From contig CAYPPJ010000005.1 in assembly GCA_964412585.1 (NCBI GenBank), forward strand, positions 1,512 to 65,511: 64,000 nucleotides of DNA, given 5' to 3'. Made by a program: the position numbers and the translations under genes. Shown one piece after another: positions 56,937-64,000 of this stretch. The notes under the pieces were generated by a model that made no database searches, was not told where the DNA came from, and worked only from the letters and a program-made list of their open reading frames with translations. The number at the start of each line of letters is the position of its first letter. Position 1 is the stretch's first letter. The stretch comes from an uncultured Candidatus Saccharibacteria bacterium. Lineage in GTDB: Bacteria; Patescibacteriota; Minisyncoccia; Phycocordibacterales; PALSA-1337.

Positions 56937-58034
56937 TTATTTTTTAAGATACTCTTTTACAATCTTGTCAACTTGGGCAGCATTCTCGGTCTCCATCAAT
57001 TTCATGCGCAACTCCTTTGCACCATCCCACCCAGAGACATATGCTTTGAAATGTTTCTTCATGACCGCAAAACTCTTGAACCGCTTGATGCCGTTTTTGC
57101 CACAAAATGTTTTCTCAAATAACTTAGCGTGTTCAACCATGATAGTCAGGCGCTCCTCAGGGGTTTTGGTTCTCGAAAAAGTGACTACTTCTTGGTCACT
57201 TTTTTTGCTGCGAGATACCCCTTGTCCCCCGCCACGAACCAATTCAATATCTTTAAATAGCCACGGCGTCCCGAAAATTCCCCTTCCAATCATCACGCCA
57301 TCACATCCATATTTTTTGATCTGAGTCGCACCATCAGCCACAGATTCAACATCCCCATTTCCGATAAGAAGGGTTCTCTCTTCGACAGGAATATCTTTCT
57401 GTACCTCATCGCGCATCTTTACAATCTCTGGCATCAACTCCCAATGTGCCGGCACATCGGACATTTCTTTGCGCGTGCGAAGATGTACAGTGAGCGCGGG
57501 TAGCTTTTGTTCAAGAAGCAATCTCAACCAATCCATTTCGACACGGTTGTATCCAATGCGTGTCTTCACGCTGACCGCATCTGGACGACCAAATCCCGCA
57601 CGTGCCGCGTGGAGTACTCTGATTGCATTCTGCGGATCTCGGATCGACGCCGAACCACCACCCTGCTTTTCAACGGCGCGGTCTGGACAGCCCATATTAA
57701 TATCGAGTCCGTCGTATCCAAGCTCCGCACATAGTTTTGCGGCTTTCTTCATCGCCTCTGGATGCCCCGTAAACAACTGGGCAACAATGGGCTTTTCTTT
57801 TTTTGAAAACTGCAAATCAACTAACAATCGATCTTTGCCTGGCGAACAAAGCCCGTCAGCAGAGACAAATTCATTCCAGATCACATCTGGTTTGCCATAT
57901 TTGGCAATCATCGCTCGAAAAGCCACGTCAGTCACATTTGCCATGGGCGCAAGTACGAAAAAAGGCTTCGGGAGGGACTTCCAAAATGATGCCTTTTTGG
58001 CTGCTTTAACCATAGCTTGAGCACGTTTTGCCAT
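56937..58034 (-). CDS. tRNA-dihydrouridine synthase
   Basis: LAPM, INMGCP, SVKTRIG, VHLRT, NGD, GVMIGRG. Confidence 0.94.
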   Translation of the reverse strand: MAKRAQAMVKAAKKASFWKSLPKPFFVLAPMANVTDVAFRAMIAKYGKPDVIWNEFVSADGLCSPGKDRLLVDLQFSKKEKPIVAQLFTGHPEAMKKAAKLCAELGYDGLDINMGCPDRAVEKQGGGSASIRDPQNAIRVLHAARAGFGRPDAVSVKTRIGYNRVEMDWLRLLLEQKLPALTVHLRTRKEMSDVPAHWELMPEIVKMRDEVQKDIPVEERTLLIGNGDVESVADGATQIKKYGCDGVMIGRGIFGTPWLFKDIELVRGGGQGVSRSKKSDQEVVTFSRTKTPEERLTIMVEHAKLFEKTFCGKNGIKRFKSFAVMKKHFKAYVSGWDGAKELRMKLMETENAAQVDKIVKEYLKK

Positions 58035-58096
58035 AACCGACACAGTCTACATTTTCTAACTACTAATTACTAGTTACTAGTAACTTTACCCTCTCC

Positions 58097-59065
58097 CTAC
58101 TCAGCCACTTTACTGAGCAGTTTGAGCATATCAGCATCACGGTTTTTGCTGTTCAAAATAATGATTGCGTAGACATTCTTATTTTTTCCAAGTGTGAACA
58201 ACGCCACGGATGTATGATTTGCCTCTGAAGTATATCCATTCTTACCGCCAGAATAGTACGACCAGCTCAAGAAATGCGTCGGATTGACCCAGGTATGTGA
58301 ACGAATCGTTTTTGTTTTCAATAATGACGTTTCGAGAATAGCAGGATCATTTTTCCTGATCCAGTCGACTATGAGTGAAAGGTCATGCACTGTCGACACA
58401 TTCTTTGGCGACAAACCGGAAGGATCCGCAAAGTATGTGCGGTATGCGCCGATCGATTGTGCCCAGTCATTCATCGCACGCATAAATGCCGCACGACCAT
58501 AATCTTGCGCAAATGCTTCGGCTGCATCATTCGAAGATACCATCATCAGCGGGTAGAGCAAGTCAGAAGCCTTGAGCGTCTCCCCCACCTTAAAAAGCGC
58601 CGTGTTTCCAAAGGTCGACATGATGTCACGGGTGATAGTCACGCGCTCATCCGCACTGATAAGTTTGCGCGCTACAACCGCGGTTACCAATTTGCTCACT
58701 GAAGCAATCGGTAATGCTTGATCTGAATTGCGCTCGATGACAACGGTACCCTGAGTGAGATTGTGTATGAGATAGGCTTTGGCAGTAACTCCCTTTTGAG
58801 TTGCCGCAGGTAACGCCTGAGTCGCGGCTTCGATGAGATTTTCCTCCTCACTGGCAGTATAGCGGATAGTACGACGCGTTCCCGAAATCGAGGTACCATC
58901 GCTCGGTGTAACTGCAGTAGTAACTGCCGCAGAAAAAGAAGGCAGGTGCAAAGATGCCATGCGTGGTCGTAAACTACGCCACGCATACGAGCCGCCATAG
59001 GCAATGCCAACACCGATACCAATGGCCGCCAACCCACCAAAGACGACTACAAAAAATTGTTTCAT
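58097..59065 (-). CDS. D-alanyl-D-alanine carboxypeptidase (peptidase S11)
   Basis: SxxK (ASVSK), SxN (SSNDA), KNG in place of KTG. Confidence 0.88.
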   Translation of the reverse strand: MKQFFVVVFGGLAAIGIGVGIAYGGSYAWRSLRPRMASLHLPSFSAAVTTAVTPSDGTSISGTRRTIRYTASEEENLIEAATQALPAATQKGVTAKAYLIHNLTQGTVVIERNSDQALPIASVSKLVTAVVARKLISADERVTITRDIMSTFGNTALFKVGETLKASDLLYPLMMVSSNDAAEAFAQDYGRAAFMRAMNDWAQSIGAYRTYFADPSGLSPKNVSTVHDLSLIVDWIRKNDPAILETSLLKTKTIRSHTWVNPTHFLSWSYYSGGKNGYTSEANHTSVALFTLGKNKNVYAIIILNSKNRDADMLKLLSKVAE

Positions 59066-59113
59066 TGCTACGTATCTTACACCAATGATGGCTCGACGCA
59101 CACCCGTCCCTTA

Positions 59114-60013
59114 TTAGCGTACAAACCGATGGTACACATTGGGACTATAGCGAACATCAATATAATCAAATTCAATCTGTTCTTTTTTTGCACGCGCCAC
59201 TTCGATGGTGTGATTCCAGAAAGAGATAAGATTGGCGATTTGCTCATCAACAGGTGCAATCGTATTAAAATAGATGACCGCAGTACTCGAGCTCACTCCT
59301 GGATTGCGTACATATACCTCATACTCGCCGCCCGATTTCATGAGCATGGCATCGACAGTCATGTCTGCATGCTGCAACGCATCATACACACCTTGGATAA
59401 TCCTAAATTCCTTTGTAGAAGTGGCGAGTGACCCAATGAGCGCAGATGAGGTCGCGTCATTATTAAGTGCCAAATCAGGAATGTAATAACGTTTGTACAC
59501 TGCCCCGGAAAATGAAGGGGCTCTCTTGAACAAGATGCCGACATCATCAGTAAAATAACATGCCCCCGAATCAGTGACTGACACGTGGTCACCATCAAAG
59601 TCAGGCAGCGTCGCACAGACGACGGCCGCGGGATCTTTTTCATGTATCGAGACTATGAGCGTATGACGATCTGCCCGTGCAACTTCGACAGACTGTGCCT
59701 CCGGATATTCGGCGCTGACCGTGTCACGAATAGAGGCACGCGGATACACGTAGGAATTGCTCCGCGAAAAGAGTCCGAGGTATGAACCTGAGAGTGCATT
59801 CATCGTCGCCTGATGAATTGCCGCGACTTCATACTGGTCAATGCCAGCAACCTGTACATTGGTGATCGTTAAGAAACTCATCGATGAAACAGCGGACACA
59901 AGCATGACCGCAAGCACTACTGAGACGACACCAATACTCCAACGCATCACCAACCGCGTGCGCTGTTTGGCAGCAAAAGTTTTGGATTGTCGTGATGAAT
60001 ATCGTGGACGCAT
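59114..60013 (-). CDS. FtsQ/DivIB-like cell division protein
   Basis: Basic N-terminus, TM, POTRA-like region, YIDVRY at the C-terminus. Confidence 0.7.
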   Translation of the reverse strand: MRPRYSSRQSKTFAAKQRTRLVMRWSIGVVSVVLAVMLVSAVSSMSFLTITNVQVAGIDQYEVAAIHQATMNALSGSYLGLFSRSNSYVYPRASIRDTVSAEYPEAQSVEVARADRHTLIVSIHEKDPAAVVCATLPDFDGDHVSVTDSGACYFTDDVGILFKRAPSFSGAVYKRYYIPDLALNNDATSSALIGSLATSTKEFRIIQGVYDALQHADMTVDAMLMKSGGEYEVYVRNPGVSSSTAVIYFNTIAPVDEQIANLISFWNHTIEVARAKKEQIEFDYIDVRYSPNVYHRFVR

Positions 60014-60018
60014 GCGCG

Positions 60019-61278
60019 TTAACCAATGGTGTCCTTGCCCATATATGGTATGAGGACGTCAGGAATCTTGATGGTGCCATCTGCCTGCTGGTAGTTTTCG
60101 ATGAGTGAGACGAGGATGCGCGGCGTCGGAATAGCAGTCGAATTAAGTGAGTGGGTATAACGAAGTGTTCCATCAGCATCACGGTAACGAATGTTGAGAC
60201 GACGCGTCTGGAAATCATGGAAATATGACGCCGATGAAATCTCGCGATACTTGCCCTCTTTCGGTACCCAAAGCTCAATGTCGTATTTCTTGACCTGACC
60301 GAGTCCAAGGTCACCACCACAATTGACGACAGTATGATATGGAATTTTCAACGTTTCAATGAATTCTTCGGTATTGCGGTTAACCTCTTCGTGATATTTG
60401 ACTGATGTCTCGTGGTTAGCTTCGCAAATAATAACTTGTTCAAATTTGTAAAATTCATTGACGCGAATGAGTCCGTTGGTGTCTTTGCCATGCGCACCAG
60501 CTTCCCTACGATAACACGGAGAAAATCCGAGATAACGTTTTGGTAATTCTGCCGCGTTAAGAGTTTCATCGTTGTGCATACCCATGAGAGGAACTTCGGC
60601 AGTACCAGCAAGATAATCACCATCTTGAGTCTTGTACATATCCTCCTCACCTTGTGGCAAATAACCTGTACCGAACAGATTTATCTTACGTACAACAATC
60701 GGTGGCAAAATCGGCGTGAAGTTTTTCTTTGAAAAAAAGTCGAGTGCGTAGTTCCATATAGCAAAACAGAGCTTTACACCATCACCAGTCAGAAAATAAC
60801 CACGGAAGCCGTGCACCTTGCCACCACGCTCAAAGTCGGCCATGCCGAGCTTGGTCATGAGTTCGATATGATCTTTTGGAGTGAATGTGAACGCCGGCTT
60901 TTCTCCCCAGACTTTTATTTCTTTGTTTTCCGCATCACTAACACCATCAGGAACTGACATGTCGGGAATGTTTGGAACACGGAGCATCAGGTTCTGCCAG
61001 TCAACCATCACCTGTTTGAGGTTGTTCTCATCTGCCTCAAGAGCTGACTTGACTGCTTTCATGTCAGCAATGAGCTTTGCACGATCATCTGGTGTTGCAG
61101 TAGTAATCTTGGCGCTCGCGGCATTTTGCTCGGCACGACGAGCTTCGACGCCGGTAAGCAAAGCTTTACGCTTGTCGTCGAGAGCAATGAGCTCATCTAC
61201 CTTAAAATCGAGACGCTTTTTCTGTGCCGCCAAGGTAATGAGGTCCTTATTCTCACGGATAAATTTGATGTCTAACAT
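60019..61278 (-). CDS. serS: Serine--tRNA ligase
   Basis: MLDIKFIREN, GTAEVPL, YRREAG, REISS, TPR. Confidence 0.97.
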   Translation of the reverse strand: MLDIKFIRENKDLITLAAQKKRLDFKVDELIALDDKRKALLTGVEARRAEQNAASAKITTATPDDRAKLIADMKAVKSALEADENNLKQVMVDWQNLMLRVPNIPDMSVPDGVSDAENKEIKVWGEKPAFTFTPKDHIELMTKLGMADFERGGKVHGFRGYFLTGDGVKLCFAIWNYALDFFSKKNFTPILPPIVVRKINLFGTGYLPQGEEDMYKTQDGDYLAGTAEVPLMGMHNDETLNAAELPKRYLGFSPCYRREAGAHGKDTNGLIRVNEFYKFEQVIICEANHETSVKYHEEVNRNTEEFIETLKIPYHTVVNCGGDLGLGQVKKYDIELWVPKEGKYREISSASYFHDFQTRRLNIRYRDADGTLRYTHSLNSTAIPTPRILVSLIENYQQADGTIKIPDVLIPYMGKDTIG

Positions 61279-61345
61279 ATAAATAGTGTAACATACTCAA
61301 TGCGAATGTTGAATTTCTCCTCCTTGTAGCCAATGAAACTCAATA

Positions 61346-61483
61346 GGGCTTGCTCATGGCGGCCTCTTCATGAGATACGTGTCTTGCCGCTACGATAAAA
61401 GATGTGGTATGCGGATAACGAGGTAGCTACTATCTCCGCTTCAAGACACGTATCTCATTTCGAGGCCTAAAAAGAGCGACCCC
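61346..61483. other. Large structured palindromic element between serS and dprA
   Basis: 17-bp perfect IR ATGAGATACGTGTCTTG (61370-86) / CAAGACACGTATCTCAT (61442-58) with internal hairpins. Confidence 0.65.
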
Positions 61484-61534
61484 CCCCGAGCGCCTCGAAA
61501 CGACCAAACGATTACTCACTAACATTTTAATACT

Positions 61535-62512
61535 ATGAAAATAACAACGCGACGAATTACACCTGAAAAATATCCTTGGCTCTTACAACAGATAGAACCG
61601 ATGCCAAAGTTTCTCGAAGTTGCTGGCACCATCCCGCCCGATGACCAGAAGTTTCTCTGTGTGGTCGGATCACGTACACCGAGCAGTTATGGCATCGAAA
61701 CCTGTCGCAAACTTATTCTTGAGCTTCAAGGTCAGCCGGTGGTCATTGTTTCGGGCATGGCAATTGGTATTGATTCTATCGCGCATGAGGCAGCTTTGGA
61801 TGCTGGTCTCAAGACCATTGCATTTCCTGGTTCCGGACTTTCTCCGGATGTGCTGTATCCTCCCAGTCGACGAAATCTTGCCGAACGTATTGTTGATTCC
61901 GGTGGCGCGCTCATTTCTTCTTTCAAACCTGATCAAGCTGGAGCTCCTTGGACCTTCCCTGTCCGCAATCGCTGGATGGCTGGCATGTCGCACGCGGTAC
62001 TCATAGTAGAGGGTATGAAAGGGTCTGGCACACTGGGAACTGCCACGTATGCAACAGAACTGAATCGTAATGTTCTGATCGTACCTGGATCTATCTACTC
62101 CGAACTTTCCTACGGCCCACTCCTCCTTTTGAAAGAAGGGGCAACGCCGGTAACATGTGCAGCAGAGATTATGGAAGAACTAACTTTTACCGAAGAACGT
62201 GTCGCAAAAGTAGCACGTAGTCCGGAACGTCTTGCCGCGACTCTTGCGGAGATGAAAAAGAAAGAAGAAGCGAGGCTGGCGGGTAATACGACGACGGGAG
62301 CAGCGCCTCGCGCAACGCGCATCAATCTCGATGCGCTCGCATTATCGATAGACGAACGCAAAGTGTGTGAACACTTGAAGCTCGGCGCACTCAATGCTAC
62401 ACACCTTATGGAAAAAACAGGGCTCACAATTTCAATGCTTAATATCACTATTTCGGAGCTGGAAATGAGAGGTCTTGTCACGCAAGAAATCGGTAGCTAT
62501 CGAATGAACTAA
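61535..62512 (+). CDS. dprA: DNA-processing protein DprA
   Basis: VVGSR, VSGMAIGID..AH, FPVRNR, SGTL.TA, C-terminal wHTH. Confidence 0.95.
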   Translation: MKITTRRITPEKYPWLLQQIEPMPKFLEVAGTIPPDDQKFLCVVGSRTPSSYGIETCRKLILELQGQPVVIVSGMAIGIDSIAHEAALDAGLKTIAFPGSGLSPDVLYPPSRRNLAERIVDSGGALISSFKPDQAGAPWTFPVRNRWMAGMSHAVLIVEGMKGSGTLGTATYATELNRNVLIVPGSIYSELSYGPLLLLKEGATPVTCAAEIMEELTFTEERVAKVARSPERLAATLAEMKKKEEARLAGNTTTGAAPRATRINLDALALSIDERKVCEHLKLGALNATHLMEKTGLTISMLNITISELEMRGLVTQEIGSYRMN

Positions 62513-62550
62513 TTTGCCACTCCTCTATATATCATGTAATACTGTCTGCA

Positions 62551-64000
62551 ATGAAACTAGTCATCGTCGAGTCCCCTTCAAAATCAAAGACCATTACCAA
62601 ATATCTCGGTGATGGTTTTACGGTGCGTGCATCAGTCGGACACGTGCGTGATCTCCCCAAGTCCAGCACCAAAGCAATAGATATAGAAGGAGGATTTATC
62701 CCCCACTATGAAGTCGTGGCCAAGAAGGAAGAAGTTCTGGCTGACATTTCTGCACAAGCAAAAAAAGCTGACGAAATTATCCTTGCATCCGATCCGGACC
62801 GCGAAGGAGAAGCTATTGCATGGCACATTTCCGAAGTTCTCAAAGAGCGCCTGGGCAAAGCGGTGGCCAAGAAAATAAAGCGCATCACCTTCCACGAAAT
62901 CACCAAGGAGGCTATTGAGGAAGCGCTATTGCATCCACGCATTGTTGATGAGAACCTCAAAGAAGCACAAGAGGCACGCCGCGTGCTCGACCGTCTCGTC
63001 GGCTATGACCTCTCCGGCATCGTATGGAAAAAAGTCCGCTATGGTCTCTCTGCCGGCCGCGTCCAATCTCCAGCTCTCCGCATTCTCGTTGAACGTGAGC
63101 GTGAGATCGAAGCATTCAAACCAGAAACATTCTGGGTCATTGAAGGTAATTGGAAAACACTTACAGGAGCACCTCTCAAACTTACCTGTTCAAAAGAGCC
63201 TCGCGACAAAAAAGAAGTCGAGTCTATTTTGGCAAAGGCTCGTGCCGAAAAGTGGCAGGTCGTCGACGTTGAAGAGTCAGAAGTCAAACGCTCGCCACGC
63301 GCACCATTCATCACCTCAACTTTACAGCAAGCAGCGAGCTCACGTCTCGGTTTTTCTCCTTCTCGAACCATGGGCATCGCTCAGAAACTCTACGAATCTG
63401 GCGCCATCACCTATATGCGTACCGATTCCACCAACCTTGGCCAACAGGCACTCGATCAGATCGGTGCAGTGGTCAAAAAGCAGTATGGAGAGAAGTATCT
63501 CTCATTCCGCAAATACACCACCAAGAGCAAGAATGCCCAAGAGGCACACGAAGCTATTCGCCCATCACATTTTGATAAGCTGAATGCGGGACATACCGAT
63601 GAGCAAAAGAAGCTCTACCGTCTGATCTGGCAGCGTGCCGTCGCTTCGCAGATGGCTGATGCCACCATGATGCGTACCAAGATCATCGCTAATACAGAAA
63701 AAGACAGTGTCCCCAACTTTGAAGCTACTGGCTCGCGCATCCTCTTTGACGGGTGGCTCAAGGCAGATCCCGATTCTGTCGGTGAGGAAGTAACCTTACC
63801 AAAGTGCGCAAAAGATGAAGCCCTCGAGCTTGTTGCGATTGATTCACTCGAAAAACAAACTCTGCCACCACCACGATATACCGAAGCTGGCCTCATCAAG
63901 GAGCTCGAGAAGCGCGGCATCGGACGTCCTTCAACATACGCATCTATCTGCAAGACCATCGAAGATCGTGGCTATGTCGGCAAAGAAGGCCGTTCGCTCA
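62551..64000 (+). CDS. topA: DNA topoisomerase I (partial, runs off window end)
   Basis: MKLVIVESPSK, GHVRDLP, DPDREGEAIAW, SAGRVQS, ITYMRTDS, AHEAIRP, GIGRPSTY (read from the DNA). Confidence 0.97.
   Translation, partial: MKLVIVESPSKSKTITKYLGDGFTVRASVGHVRDLPKSSTKAIDIEGGFIPHYEVVAKKEEVLADISAQAKKADEIILASDPDREGEAIAWHISEVLKERLGKAVAKKIKRITFHEITKEAIEEALLHPRIVDENLKEAQEARRVLDRLVGYDLSGIVWKKVRYGLSAGRVQSPALRILVEREREIEAFKPETFWVIEGNWKTLTGAPLKLTCSKEPRDKKEVESILAKARAEKWQVVDVEESEVKRSPRAPFITSTLQQAASSRLGFSPSRTMGIAQKLYESGAITYMRTDSTNLGQQALDQIGAVVKKQYGEKYLSFRKYTTKSKNAQEAHEAIRPSHFDKLNAGHTDEQKKLYRLIWQRAVASQMADATMMRTKIIANTEKDSVPNFEATGSRILFDGWLKADPDSVGEEVTLPKCAKDEALELVAIDSLEKQTLPPPRYTEAGLIKELEKRGIGRPSTYASICKTIEDRGYVGKEGRSL

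Noticed and set aside
58056-58085. 7-nt tandem CTArTTA-like repeats (also purine runs at 56235-56275)
   Set aside because: Only about 4 degenerate units in low-complexity spacers; not CRISPR-like.
1-64000. CRISPR array, cas genes, transposase, integrase, reverse transcriptase, rRNA
   Set aside because: No regularly spaced repeats or diagnostic motifs seen.

Overview
Bacterial chromosome segment that looks like Patescibacteria/CPR (Parcubacteria-like). This is an inference from gene content, compact housekeeping genes, few Shine-Dalgarno sites and TM-anchored binding proteins. Housekeeping genes: uvrB, split transketolase, rpe, rpiB, murE, femAB-type, gap, pyrD, a MacAB/FtsX-type exporter, lexA, dnaX, tRNA-Gln, dus, a DD-carboxypeptidase, ftsQ-like, serS, dprA and a partial topA. 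They are interleaved with many orphan genes. From ~24.3 to 50.9 kb one LivH/M/G/F transporter is spread among 12 LivK-like binding proteins and 3 TrmB-like regulators. The most novel signal is non-coding. Two homologous cassettes (36358-36647 and 50969-51282) share one layout: an 11-bp direct-repeat promoter, a short tRNA-Ala/tmRNA-like RNA (co-varying acceptor stem with G3-U70, T-loop, enlarged conserved loop CCTCnnCAGTT), then a sigma70 promoter driving a small RNA complementary to that loop, then a terminator. A third sRNA (10132-10229) shares the repeat boxes. A 25-nt element occurs in inverted orientation in both cassettes. Structured palindromic elements are also inserted in frame in uvrB and dus. 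All calls were made by eye, with no database searches or folding software.
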